Shown piece after piece: positions 44,043 through 59,414 of a stretch of 64,000 nt of DNA (position 1 is its first letter; every line of letters begins with the position of its first letter). The position numbers were made by a program, and so were the translations under genes. The stretch is from Octopus vulgaris (lineage: Eukaryota). The stretch is taken from positions 45,322,001 to 45,386,000 of the forward strand of contig OX597824.1 in assembly GCA_951406725.2 (NCBI GenBank). Direction: 5' to 3'. The notes beneath the pieces were generated by a model that was not told the origin of the DNA, ran no database searches, and worked only from the letters and a program-made list of their open reading frames with translations.

Positions 44043-45282
44043 TTGGGTCATCCCATAAATAAAGCAGTTCTTTTATACTTCTTTTATTTTTCAAAATTAA
44101 GCTGAACAAAGTTCTTTTTTAATCTTAAATATACTCTCCTTCATTTTCTACAATGCTCTTCCATCAATCTGGTAGATTGCAAGGCTCCTCTTCCAAAATT
44201 TACATGTCCGTGATGAAAAATACTCTTCCAGTATTGTTCTGACCTTGTCTACAGAATTCATATTTTTTCCGTCCAAATGATTTTGAAGACTGCGGAATAA
44301 GTGATAATCAGATGGGGCAATGTCTGGTGAATATGGTGGGTGGGGCGTCATTTCCCATTCAAACTGCTCCAGCCTTTGGAATGTCATCCTTACTGTATGT
44401 GGCCGAGCATTATCCTGATGGAAGAACACCTTTTGTCTTGAAACCAAAGATGGTTGTTTTTCTTCTTGTGTTGACTTAAGCCACTGAAGCTGCTCGCAGT
44501 AGATCTCCTTTGTTATTGTTTGGTTTGGGTTTAAAAATTCAAAGTGGACTAAATCTTTCATATCCCATCAAACAGATAACAACACTTTATGTGAGTGAAG
44601 ACCTTTAGCTTGGGGTGCTTGTGTTTCTCTTTTCCCTACCCACTGCCTTTGGTGCTTGACATTTTTATAGTGAACCCATTTCTTGTCACCAGTCACTATA
44701 CAATCCAAAAAAAGGTCCATTCATGAGATGTGATAGTAAAGAAGAGCACACATTCACTCTCTGCACACAATTAGACTTGAAGAGTTTGTGAGGAACCAAT
44801 TGACCCAATTTGCTGATTTTTCTGATGGCATGCAGGTGTCGATGAATGGTTGAATGACCAAATCCCAGCTTTTCTACTGGTTCCTCAACAGTTATGATGG
44901 GACTTTGTTCCACCAAGGTTTGCAGGACATCCTCATTGAGCTCTACAAATCTTCCAGCTTGTCTTCTGTAGTTTCTGGCTCAGAATTTCTGGAACAACCA
45001 TTAACACTGGCTTACTCTTATTGTCTGATGCCCATATATTGCATTAATATTCTTTGCACTTTCTGTTGCATTGTTGCTGAATATGCTTCTTTGCCACTTC
45101 CATTATAGCTTTGACAAAATAACTGTTAAAATTGAACTGCACCCTTCAAAACTTGCACAAAGAATAAGGACAAGGTAAAATTAGTACCTGCTTTTATAGT
45201 AAGTTGATGCAGGTAGTTTATCTGACCCCTCCAATTTTTAGTTCATGCAATTGAAAAAAATGTGGTTTATGGGATGACCCAA
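44043..45282 (-). mobile_element. Full-length decayed mariner (DD34D) transposon
   Basis: TA-flanked TIRs ttgggtcatcccataaa / tttatgggatgacccaa; FHQDNARPH and PPYSPDIAPSDYHLF motifs; frameshifts. Confidence 0.92.
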
Positions 45283-45310
45283 TATATACATGTCTATCTT
45301 TTGCTTCCCG

Positions 45311-45370
<60 letters not shown>

Positions 45371-45373
45371 TTC

Positions 45374-45480
45374 ATTTAAAAGCAGCAGAAATTCAACAAA
45401 ACCTGTTACTCTGAGTTTCACGTTCCCGTTCGTCGAAACTCAGAGTAACAGGTTTTGTTGAATTTCTGCTGCTTTTAAAT
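45374..45480. repeat. Perfect 46-bp inverted repeat with 15-nt loop, made from a truncated hammerhead element
   Basis: Arms 45374-45419 and 45435-45480; minus strand reads c-GACGA-acg-ggaa-cgt-GAAA-ctcagag-TA-acagg (core lacks U4). Confidence 0.75.
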
Positions 45481-45553
45481 AAAGCATATTACTCTACCCC
45501 TGGTATTTGAGTACTCTTTTTTCCACCTTGTTTCACATTTATATGTTTACTCC

Positions 45554-45641
<88 letters not shown>

Positions 45642-45668
45642 CACATATATATACACACACACACACAC

Positions 45669-45717
<49 letters not shown>

Positions 45718-46002
45718 CACAGATAGATAGATAGGTGTGTATACATATGTGTGTGTGTGTGTGTGTAACATACACACTCAAATCTACAATATAATGCCAT
45801 AATAGTGTAATAGCTATATTTTCAGTTTTTTCTGAACTTCTGTGAAAGTTTTCAACATTAGTTGAATAGTAATAATGATAATAATGAATAAGCCATGAAA
45901 TAAACAACAACAATTTAATATTTGGGAAATTCTTCACCAAATTATTTGATAATTAAAGACTATTTAAATCTTACTACTCATACTCCAACAAGATACCAAA
46001 AA

Positions 46003-46042
<40 letters not shown>

Positions 46043-46344
46043 TATGAGCATATGTAAATGTGTGTTTGAGTGGGTGCACTTTTGGGCATTCTCTTATGTT
46101 AATATTAATAGAAGAACAAGTTGAATTTTATTGAATACACCATCAGACATGAAAAGGGTGATAATGTATATATCTAAGTGGTGTATAATATATATATATA
46201 TATAATTTATAAATCTTCTGGTCTTCACCTGCAGCAGACTTCATGTCGGTGTTTATGGCATGTGCGTAATGTGTGTAATACATATATACACAGATATACT
46301 TATGTACATATAAATATATATATACACATATATTTCTGTGTGTA

Positions 46345-46396
<52 letters not shown>

Positions 46397-46460
46397 TCAT
46401 CAGTGGAATATATATCCCAAAAAGAAGCACACTCTTAAGGTTAGATCAGTTATGTATTTA

Positions 46461-46652
46461 CATGAAGTTAAATACATGCCCAGTCATAGAGTGACCAATG
46501 GTTTCACATCCATAAGGCACTTAGATTTATAGATCTAATCAGACTCTAATGGCTGATGGCAGTAGAGTCTGGCGAGTTATCTATAAAGCTAAGCACTTTA
46601 TGGATACAAAACCATAGGTCACTCTATGACCAGATGTATATTTAATTTCATG
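46461..46652. ncRNA. Fold-back of two degenerate hammerhead copies
   Basis: + arm agagt-CTGGCGA-stem II-AAAA-ccatagg-TC-actct (46564-46625); - arm agagt-CTGATTA-stem II-GAAA-ccattgg-TC-actct (46488-46547); each arm has different core lesions. Confidence 0.65.
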
Positions 46653-46747
46653 TTTTTTTTAGTATATTTGCTAGTCTCTGCACATGTTTACATATAGTGA
46701 GAAATGTTTGGCTTTGAAGAGTTCTACTACTTCTTTCTAACAAACAG

Positions 46748-48028
<1,281 letters not shown>

Positions 48029-48030
<2 letters not shown>

Positions 48031-48513
48031 AAGCTACTGGGAAAGACTCAAGAGATTAAAATTATATTCCCTGGAGCGTAGGCGGGAAAGATATACCATA
48101 ATATACATCTGGAAGATCCTGGAGGGAAGTGTCCTGAACTTTGGCATCGAGAGTTACGCAAATGCCTGAACTGGGCGCCACTGCGTGGTGCCTAGGACTC
48201 CAAACCTGCCATCAAGATGTAGGACAAGATTCTGTGATAGCCTGGGCTTCCGAGGCCCACAGCTCTTCAATATCCTCCCGAAGAACCTGAGAGACCTGCA
48301 TGGGGTGGATACAGATGTCTTTAAAATGAAGCTGGATCTCTTCCTGTCAGGTGTCCCAGATGAACCAACTTCACGGCAGGAGGGGCAGATGAGGGCATCG
48401 AACTCTCTCATGCACCAAATAGCAGTTGCTAGAAAGCCTCCATGAAGTGAAACCAAGTAGCAACACCAAATGGCGGTGCCCCAGCATGGCCACAGCTCAT
48501 AAGCTGAAACTAG

Positions 48514-48550
<37 letters not shown>
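48029..48550 (+). mobile_element. CR1/L2-group LINE 3' end, 5'-truncated, with (ATCA)n tail
   Basis: SYWERLKRLKLYSLERRRERY.IIYIWKILEG...GPQLFNILPKNLR...FKMKLDLFLSGVPDEP. Confidence 0.85.
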
Positions 48551-48551
<1 letters not shown>

Positions 48552-48651
48552 ATTATATATATATATATATATTATATATTATATATATATATATATATTA
48601 TATATATATATTATATATATATATATGATATATATATGTATGTATGTATAC

Positions 48652-48693
<42 letters not shown>

Positions 48694-48729
48694 ATGCATG
48701 TTCTTATATAAATAAATGAATACATATAT

Positions 48730-49010
48730 TGCCAGTGCCGCTGGACTGGCTCTCATGCACATAGCATGTAAAAAACACCTTTTGAGCATGGTTGTTGCCA
48801 GAACTGCCTGACTGGTCTCGTACCAGTGATACGTAAAAGCAACCACTACACTCTTGGAGTGGTTGGTTTTAGGAAGGGCATCTAGCTGTAGAACCTTTGC
48901 TAGATCAAATTGAGCCTGGTGCAGCCTTCTGGCTCACCATTCCTCAGTCAAACTGTTCAACCCATGCCAGCATGGAAAGCGGATGTTAAACGACGATGAT
49001 GATGATGATG
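48730..49010 (+). mobile_element. RTE-derived 3' UTR fragment
   Basis: Same sequence family as 31925-32210; (GAT)n tail. Confidence 0.7.
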
Positions 49011-49015
49011 ATATA

Positions 49016-50624
49016 CAGTGGGGGGAAATAAATATTCGTACATGTCAAAATTCTTTATTTATTTAATTTCCAATGTACATAAATGGGATATACCAATACT
49101 ATATTTGCATACACATGTATAAATTAAGAATATGCAAAAGAAACTAATAAATTATAGTAACTAAGGAATTTATATTGAATTATAAATATTAGGGGTGAAA
49201 AAAGTATTCGTCCAGAACATAAATAACTGATAATTCTGATTTAATACTTCGTAGCATAACCATTATTCAGGTCCACTTCAACCAATCTCTTCTTGTTGTT
49301 CGTAATCAATGACTTGCATGTTTCTTTAGGAATTTTTTCTCATTCTTCTTGACAAATTTTCTTCAAATCTGCAATGCATGTTGGGGCTCTTGAATGAATT
49401 TTAATTTTCAAATATTGCCACAAATTTTCAATGGGGTTCAAGTCAGGTGACTGGCTTGGCCATTCTAATAATTTTATATTGTGATTGACAATCCATTTTT
49501 TGGTAGATTTTGCCGTTTGCTTAGGATCGTTATCCTGTTGTAAAACCCACCCTTCACAAAGCTGGGGCTTTTCTACAGAGTCCCATAAATCATTGTTCAA
49601 AATATTTTGGTACATCTCTGCATTCATTCTACCATCTATCACATGTAAATTGCCAGTACCATTTGCAGAGAAACACTCCCACACCATGATGTTGCCACCT
49701 CCAAACTTTACAGTAGGAATTGTGTTTTGCGGCAAATAGGCTGTACCATCTTTCCTCCAAACATGGCTACGCGAATTTTGTCTAAACAATTCAATTTTCG
49801 ACTCGTCTGTCCATAGAACATTTTCTCAGAATGTTTCAGATTTATCTTTATGTTCATAAACAAATTTTAAATGGGCATCTCTATGCCTTTTAGTCAACAG
49901 CGAAGTTTTTCTAGGAGAGCGTGATTTCAGTTCATTCCTATGAAGTTCATTGCTGATTGTTCATAGTGTAACACTAGTCCCTGAAGCTAACAAATCTTCT
50001 TACAACTCCTTTCTGGTGATCATTGCATTTTTTCCAATTCTTCGCTTCATTCTTCTTAAAGATCTAGGGGAAATCTTGCGTGGTGCACCGGATCTCATTC
50101 TGTTTTCAACAGTTCCCGATTATTTTATAACTTTGAATATATGAAGATATGGTAGAAAATAGAATACAAAGGGTCTCTGATATTTTCCTGTAACTTTTAT
50201 CTGCTTTCCACTGTTCAATAATTAAGTTTTTCACTGAATTTGTGAGTTCTTTACTTTTTGCCTTTATTACGATACAACTTTATGTTGTCTCAATGCTGAA
50301 TGAAGAAGCTAGAGTTTTGACACTTAAAAATGACATAAGATTATTTGAACAAACGAGAAAGTTCTAGTAAAAAAAATATTTTAACAGTATTTTGTGGCAT
50401 AGAAAATCATAAATTTATTCTGTACAAATACTTTTTTCACTCCTAAATATTTATAATTGTATATAAATTCCTTAGTTACTATAATTTATTAGTTTCTTTT
50501 GCATATTCTTAGTTTATGCAGGTGTATGCATATATAGTATTGGTATATCCCATTTATGTTCATTGTTCATCAGATATTAAATAAAGAATTTTGACATGTA
50601 CGAATATTTATTTCCCCCCCACTG
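49016..50624 (-). mobile_element. Full-length Tc1 (DD34E) transposon with ~200-bp TIRs, transposase inactivated
   Basis: TA|cagtggggggaaataaatattcgtacatgtcaaaattc at both ends; VLWTDESKIELF, QQDNDPK and SPDLNPIENLW with 34 residues between D and E; stops and frameshifts. Confidence 0.95.
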
Positions 50625-50703
50625 TATATATATATATATATATATATAAATATATGCATATATATATGCATATATATGTATATGCATACACCTGTTTCTT
50701 GTT

Positions 50704-50758
<55 letters not shown>

Positions 50759-51181
50759 CTTTGCCTTTCATCCTTTCGGGGTCGATAAATTAAGTACCAG
50801 TTACACACTGGGGTCGATATAATCGACTTAATTCGTTTGTCTGTCCTTGTTTGTCCCATCTGTGTTTAGCCCCTTGCGGGTAGTAAAGAAATATATATAT
50901 ATATATGCACATATATATGCATATATAGACACACATATATATATATATATACACACAGAGTAGTACCTTGGCTTAGAAACAACTCTGATCACGAATGAAT
51001 TGTGCTTTATCTCCCGTCTTTCTCAAGTTTATCTAAGAGAGGAGTACATCAGCTTATGAATGCCTCTGATCACAAATAAATCGCGCTTTATATATATATA
51101 TAAAGCATGAGTTATTCAATGTGTTGTTCGAAAACCGATATATATATATATATATATATATTCCATATATATATATATTCC

Positions 51182-51249
<68 letters not shown>

Positions 51250-51477
51250 TCCATATATATATATATGCATATATACATACATATATGCATATATACATAT
51301 ATATATGCATATAAACATATATGCATATATATATATGAATATACATGCATATATATATGTGTATGTATATGCATGTATATATGTATATATATATATATGC
51401 ATGTATATATATATATTTATATATATGCATATATACTTATATATGTATATATATATATATATATACATATGTATTTA

Positions 51478-51511
<34 letters not shown>

Positions 51512-51531
51512 TGCATATATATATGTATATA

Positions 51532-51882
51532 CTAGCACTATGACCCGGCGTTGCCGGGTCATAGTGCTATTGCATGCATATACAGCTGTGTACTTGTGCA
51601 CATACACACAAGTACTGCCCAAATCTCTGACCAATCACATACAGCTAGGTGGCATTCAATTGGCGTATCAAGTTTCGGGCATTTTGATTTGGTTTTGGAT
51701 AGAAAATTCACAAAAAAGTCACTTCTATTGATTTTTTGATGGCTTTGCGGGGTGACTGTGGAAATGTAAAGATGTGCACGACCACCCTTGGACGGTTTTG
51801 AATGACCATAGAAAATGCAAGCCCTCTAGCTGAAAAATTGTGGATTTGTATAAAGGACACACACACACAGACAGACATTTTG

Positions 51883-51939
<57 letters not shown>
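51532..51939 (-). mobile_element. Non-autonomous Helitron
   Basis: Minus-strand 3' end gacccggcaacgccgggtcatagtgCTAG|T (GC hairpin + CTAG); 5' end TC followed by (TA)n and (TG) microsatellite. Confidence 0.7.
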
Positions 51940-52061
51940 TGTATGCATATATATATATTCATATGTATCTATATATTTATATATGTATATATATATTTAT
52001 ATATATGCATATATATATATAGGTATATACTGATGCATATGTATTTATATATGTATATATA

Positions 52062-52112
<51 letters not shown>

Positions 52113-52124
52113 ATATATATATAT

Positions 52125-52176
<52 letters not shown>

Positions 52177-52759
52177 TTATATATAGATATGCAAATATTC
52201 ATAAATATAGATATGCTCAAAATAATGATTAAACTAGCATTTGCAAAATTATAAAAAATTTACTTTTCATTTCAAATGTTATTTGTTGAAACTTAAATGA
52301 TATTCTTATCTTTACCTTCTATTTTTTTATTTCTTTGGTTTTTTTTGTGTAAATAAAATAAGAGAAAGAATTCTTTCGCATTTGTAGGGAGACTCTTGAC
52401 TGTCACTTTATATGTAAATTTTGGTTCTAAAAGAAATGAAGAAGAAAGATGGAAAAAAAGAATTGCAATATAAATTGTAACTGCTGCTGTTTCAGTTAAT
52501 TGATTATTGTTTTGTTTTGTTGTTGTTTTTTTTTTTTTAAATTTTTTGGATGTTGAATACATGAATGCTTTCACTGTCTCTTGGAAATAAGATTTACTAA
52601 TATTTTTTACATTGTTTGTTCTCCTTATTTCCTTTTTAAACACTCCTTTAGCTCTTTTGCTTCCAAATTTCTATTGAAAAACACTGCCTTTCTTTTAATT
52701 AAATTTGAAATTAAAATTAATTTTGTAAAATAATGTTGTCATTATTAAGTTGGCATTTT

Positions 52760-52990
52760 AAGGCAGTGCACGGTGGCAGAATCATGCCAGGGAATCACAC
52801 CAGAATCATACCAGGGAAAATGCGTACCAGCATTTCATCTGTGTTTACATTCTGAGTTCAAATTCTGCCAAGGTCGACTTTTCCTTTCATCCTTTTGGAG
52901 TTGATAAATTAAGTATCAGTCAAACACTGGGGTTGATATAATTGATTAGTCCCTGCCCCCAGTTTCTGGCCTTGTGCCTTTAGTAGAAAG
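52760..52990 (+). mobile_element. tRNA-derived SINE, family B
   Basis: aaggcagtg...ttctgagttcaaattctgccaaggtcgacttttcctttcatcc...gataaattaagta. Confidence 0.7.
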
Positions 52991-55900
52991 AATTATTAAG
53001 CTGGCATTTGGAACATGAAATTTTGATAGAAGGTTTTAATTCATACTCTTTAAAAACAGGAAGTTTATAGTTCAGGGACTGTCTCAGGTGGGTGTCAAAT
53101 GGGTTAAAAAAATAATGTGATTATATTTAATTTTTGTTTTAAATATGATAAACCAATCTTATCAAATATCTTTAGTTACCAAGCAGTACTGATCTATAGG
53201 TAAAATTTGAAACCCTGGCCATTGGTTTTGCATTGTGTAATGTGAAGGACACATCACCGAGGTTATTGATTAACTTCAATTTACCCCTGACTAAGTGATC
53301 TACAATCAATCAAAGACATTCCATTTGTGACTAGATGTTTTCCTTGACACAGTGCACCCAAGACTACATTATCCATTGTGCATCTCCTCTTTCAAGGTAA
53401 TGTGTAATTGGAGGAAGATTTAGTTGCTATTTCTAGCAATTCAAACAACGCTGCTGATGCTCCCTTGTTGACAGAACAAGGTAATATAGCTGGTTCATGG
53501 AACTGGAAAAAATTTAACTGTAGAGAGGTGGTTTCTTAAATGAAAGCTGAAAATACCCTGTACAAATGGAGTAGTAAATGTTGATACCCTTACATGAGCA
53601 GAAACATTGTTGTCATCATCATCCTCGTACATCTTCACCAGGCGTCTGCATCTGTTGTGGCATGCTTTTTATGGCTGGATAACCTTCTTAACACCAACCA
53701 CCCTCCAGAGTGGACTGAGTGCTTTTTATGTGACACCAGCACAGGCGAGGTTGGTTTTGGCATGGTTTTTACAGCTGGATGCCCTTCCAAACACCAACCA
53801 CTTTACAGTGTGGACTGGATACTTTTTACGTGACACCTTCATTAGTAGGGTTACCAAGCAACTTGCAAGACGAAGATTCTTTGAGAGAGGAGGTGGTATT
53901 TGAGGAGGTGATCTTGTACCAGATGATGAAAGTTTAGAGTGTGACAGAGTGACAGAACAAGTGTTTTTGCTGTAAAAGAGATACATAGTTAACCAGTCAG
54001 AGGGAAGGTGTAAGAGAGAGTAGGAAGGAGAGATAGATGGTGGTGAAGTGCCAGTGGATACTCACAAGGAATGGGGATCAGAATATAAATGGGATGGTGA
54101 AGTAGAGCAAAAGATACATGGTGGCTAAGTACCAGGGCATACTCTCAAGATATGAGGGTCAGAATATAAATGGTAGGGTATTGCCAAAGGTGCATGAGTA
54201 GGGAGTAGAGACTTCACATGAATGCAAAGAGTGTGTGAGGGTGGCGAATGCAGTGACTGGTGAAGCCTCACACTTTAACTACTCATTTCCAGACATAAAA
54301 CCACCCTTTCTGCTGTAACACCAGTAAATTAGTCTTGAACGCCAGTATCATAGTCTTGAAAGCTGCATCTCAACTTCAATAGTGCTGTGCCACAAGAAAA
54401 CTGCCCAGTACACTCTGTAAAGTGGTTGGCATTAGGAAGAGCATCGCATTGGAGCACAATGCAATCTTTGGACCTGTTAAGTTTTGTCACACTGTCAAAT
54501 TAATGCTAGCATATGAGAAGACAAAGCCATGAGCACTTAGTAACAACTGAGAAATTGACGGAAAGAAAATGGGAAAAAGAGAGATTCTTCACCTTACTAA
54601 CTGACTGCAAAAGGACCAACCCAATAACTTGCTAACTTAGGTGTGTAGGACAGGTAGGGTTGGTCCATAATTGCTATCATCTATAGGGTGACACATGAAG
54701 AAGTGATGTATGCTATAATTCATAGTTTCTTTCCATGTGATCAATCATGATTATTAATTATTGGTAAGCATCACAGTTATATGTTTGAAAGACCATCCTT
54801 CTTTTTCTTGATATATTGCCAAGCTATCTCCTGATTTAATTAAGTTAGTTTTAACATATTTAGTAAAGGGAGTATTAAAAAGCTTACTGAAAATAATTAT
54901 AATAATTAGTCATGAGCTAATAGTATTTGGATTGTTTTGAGAAGTACAGGAGACAACTTCAGACATGTGTCACTCTTTTTGTGACCACCTTCACTGAACT
55001 ATAGACTTTATGTATATGCATAAATAATGATGGAAGACTCACTAAATATGTACACAAAACTGTACACTAATTGATGTAGAAAAATTAAATGGTTAGAAAA
55101 TTGCACTGAAATGTCATCATCATTGTTTAACATCTGGCCCATACTTGCAGGAGTCAGATGGAATTCATCTAGGCAGATTTTCTACAGTTAGACTCCCTTC
55201 CTGTCACCAATCACCACCTGTTTCCAAGTATGCTAATATATCCTCTTGACTGGACATGTTTTCATGGAAGACTGGAAATTAATGACACCACCTGTATGGC
55301 AGTGATGCTCACGACTATCACATGATGTCAAGACAAGGAGATACAAACACACATAAGCTTTTACTTATACATAGATATATGCATGCACACATACATACCT
55401 ACATATATGATGGGCTTCTTTCAGCTTCCATTGGCCATATTCATTCACAAGGCTTTGGTTGACTCAGGGTTAAAGTATAAGATACTTGCCTAATGCGCCA
55501 TGAAGTGGGACTGAATCTAAAATCACATAGTTGAGAAGCAAACTTTTTAACTACGCAGTTATGTCTGCATTCACATGGAAAACAAATTCTATTCATAAAA
55601 ATATTTCAAGTGAGTGAGTTAAACACTTGCACATCACATTGTACACTTGCTTTACCTCTACATGGTACCTATTTTAGATCTCTGTGAGCCATTCACTTTT
55701 TAAGTTATTTCTGCCAAGTATAGAAATCAGTCTGCTGGGAGTTTTAATAATTTATGTAAATATATCTAAAATTTCCAAATAACATCTAGTCTGACAAGTA
55801 AATCAATAATGGTAGAATAAATAATTCTATTTTGAAAGTCATAGATTGCTGCTATATTTACTAGAGGTGAGTATGAGTAATATGTTTTGTTAGATAGACA

Positions 55901-56089
55901 AACCAATTGTTGCTGAGGGTAGAATTAATGATGGTGTGTCAGGAGGGTTGATAGGGACTAGATGACTCCTGTCCTTATTGATGGCAAGATGTTTTATTCA
56001 AATTAAAGTTTAATTGTGCTTGAAGTAGAGTGTTTTGTAGTATTGAAGCATAGAAGATGAGAGTTTAAATCTTTCAGTGAATTTCTGAT

Positions 56090-56720
56090 GGGTCTTGAAT
56101 GCAGAAGACATGTGAAGACTAGAGAGGAATGAAACTAGTATGCTTCACTGGATGTGCAATGTCAGTGTACATGCACAACAAAACCCTAGTGTATTGAGAG
56201 AAAAGGTACGTACAAGAGGAATTAGATATGTGCAATAGAGAAGACTGCATTAGCTTCGTCATGTGATGTGTATGGATGTAGACATTTGCATACAGAAGTG
56301 CTGATCACTTAAAATGGATGGAACTTGGGGAAGAAGGAGATCCAGGAAGAGATGGAATGAAGTATTGAAGGCCAATCTCAAGACATTGAGCCTTACAAAG
56401 GAGATGACAAAGGGCCAAGATGTCTGGCATCTTGCTGTTCTCAAGAAGACCCACCACAGTAGAATTGATACTAGTGCTGGTGCCACATAAAAAGTACTGG
56501 TGCTGATGCCACATAAAAAGCACTGGTGCTGGTGTCGCATAAAAAGGACCCAGTACACTCTGTAAAGTTGTTGACACGAGGAAGGGTATCCAGCTATAGA
56601 AACCATGCCAGAACAGGCAATGGAGCCTGGTATGACCCCCACCCTTACCAGCTCCTGTCAAACCGTCCAGCCTATGCCAACATGGAAAACAGATGTTAAA
56701 TGATGATAATGATGATGATA
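56090..56720 (+). mobile_element. RTE LINE 3' end remnant with 26-bp tandem motif
   Basis: AEDM.RLERNETSMLHWMCNVSV...GRRRSRKRWNEVLK; tail (GAT)n. Confidence 0.75.
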
Positions 56721-56799
56721 GCCTGTTAGCTGAAGAGTTGTTAGTATATGTCTCTCTATGCATTTTTTAAAAATAAAGCAATAAAGACTGGAATTCAAC

Positions 56800-57540
56800 C
56801 AGAATTCAATCAAGACCGTGGACAACTTCATCAATGAAATGTTGGAACATGCTGGTAGCATTCCTCAAACCGAAACTCATGTATAAAAACTCAAAGCACC
56901 CAAAAGGGGTAGTAATAGCGGTTTTCGGAACATCAGCTGGGTTGATGATATTTGGTGATAAGTACGTATAAGATCAACTTTTGAAAAAATGGTACAGCCA
57001 TGAAGATTCGCCGAAAAACCTGAAGAATTCTTATTGGGTAGTGATCTGGTATCGTTACTGCATTGAGGCGTCGATAATCTCCTACTGGGCGAAAATCAGA
57101 CTCCCCTTTTCGCACCAAGTGAAGGGGAGACGCCCATGGACTGGTGGAGGGGTGTATCAGGCCAAGTTGGAGCATGTGCTCAAACTTGGCCCTAGCCATT
57201 TTGAGATAGTCAAGCGCAAGATGCTGTGGGCTCGAAAAAACAGGCGGGCCAGTGGTGGTGATAAAATGAAGGGTCGAGTGGGCAGGCTTTGCCGACTGAA
57301 AAGTAATGTCTACTAGCTCTGGAAATAAAGCCAAAAGAGAATGAAAGGCATCTCCATGGTTGGCAACAAAAAATGTCGGGCTAAGAACCGCATTGGTAGA
57401 ACCTCTTGTTGGCGTGGAGAGCGATGTAGTACCGTCGAGAAGCCTCCAATGCCTGACATCTACCAATAGATTAAAATGATCCAAGCAATCAGCATCGAGA
57501 ATAGGATGCGGTATATCAGCAATGACAAAACCCATTGAAA
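56800..57540 (-). mobile_element. Ty3/Gypsy LTR retrotransposon pol fragment (protease end to RT)
   Basis: VIADIPHPILDAD.L.HFNLLVD...TTGPPVFS...SPWASPLHLVRK...RPVGDYRRLNAVTIPDHYPI...FSKVDL...FGLRNA; no LTRs seen. Confidence 0.9.
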
Positions 57541-57712
57541 ATCTCGATGAAGATTAATACACATATATATATATATACATATACATATACATATATATAT
57601 ATAGAGAGAGAGGGGGGGAGATACATGAGATATACACACACATACATATACATATATATGTACACATTCACATACACACATGTGAGTATATATATATCAC
57701 ATCTCTCACTCA

Positions 57713-57743
<31 letters not shown>

Positions 57744-59414
57744 GATAGAGAGAGAGAGAGAGCTTTTCACATATATATATTGCTTCTCTTCCCTTCTTTT
57801 CCTCCTCCAGATAATGGTGCTGTATGTATGAATATTATTTATATTTCAGTAACTATACCATTAGATCCATACATTGGTTCCATGCCAGTATCAGTTCAGT
57901 TCTGCTGAAGTGAAGATGGTTCTATAGCATAGTGGCATATGATGCAGAATGTCAGGGGGTGTTTATGCGTTATGTTGTGGATTTCACTTATCTTTATTTT
58001 GTCCATTGGGATTTTGCCAAAATTTATATCAATTTTTATGTGAAACAACATGACAGTTACTAAATGATGTAGTTACTTTTAGATTGACTTTGGATTATAG
58101 CTTGCAACTACGGGTTGCTGCACATGCACACACACACACACATTCATACACACACAGAGAAATACCTTAGATCCATCAATACTGCGGTTAATGGTATCAA
58201 TTAGACCAGACCCAACAAAAGGCTATTACACAGATTAGTAAAGACTTATTTGCTAACACACTACAGACATTAGCAAACTGACATGTGGTTTTTTATATTT
58301 GCTTCATCTAACACTAACACAACAGCTTCTGCTTTCCTGAACCAACTTGCAGCATACTCTCTCCACTTCAGTCTATCTGACACACTGTATCTTATCTCTA
58401 AGACCTTATCTTAAATGCATTCATTCTTCTGCAGAACTGCAACCCTCTGAAACTGATCTCTGCAGCAATATCACCAGTTTGGGAAGGGCTGAACATATCA
58501 TGAGCTCTACTCCTCCCTACATGACTTACTTTGAAAAAATAAATACATTTATATCAGGCTCTACTACTCACTTCCCTGCAATTGTATATTGAACGCCTTA
58601 ATGTTTTTTTCACATAAATCCCTAATCACATACATACATGCAGACATGCATACACACATACATACATGCAAACATACATATGTACGTACGTACATACATA
58701 CATACATACATACATACATACATACAAACATTCCTATGAACATATATTCATACACATATAATACATACATGTATATGTGTATGTGTGTATGCATGCATGT
58801 GTGTGTATGTGTAGAGACAGAAAGAAAGAGCTGGAAAAACTTAACAGTGTTAGAAATAAAAAAAGTAACTCACACTGGCAGATATAAATAACTGAAGAGT
58901 TGTCTCACAATCAAACATAGATTTTAGCAACAGAGATTTCGAAATTAATACAAGATCGATTTTTCAAGCTGAATCAACAGGCAGGAGTCGTAGGGGTAGA
59001 CCAAAAATGAAGTGGGGGGGGGGGATAATATCCATGGTCTCAGTTGGTTATGCTTGGGGTTCCATATAAAAAAATCTAATGATGGTTGTTTCTGATATGA
59101 TCCTATGAAGGAGGAGCCTGAGGACTCTACCATCATGAGCATCTCAGGAATAGTCTGAAGAGAAGAAGGATGGAAGAATGGATGCAAAAGTTAAATTTGT
59201 TTTTTCCTTTGCTGTGTACTAGAGGAAGGAATGGTGCTCATGTCCTTTGCAAGTCTTCCAAAACTGGTGAAATCAATATTTTGATATTCTGATTAAAATG
59301 TTGTGAGCTGACAATCATAAGAAAGACATAAGCAGAGAGGGTAGTTCCATGATACTGACATTCTACAGACGAAGAAGGACTGGTAATTTACATAGTGGTT
59401 TTGATATGTAGAAT

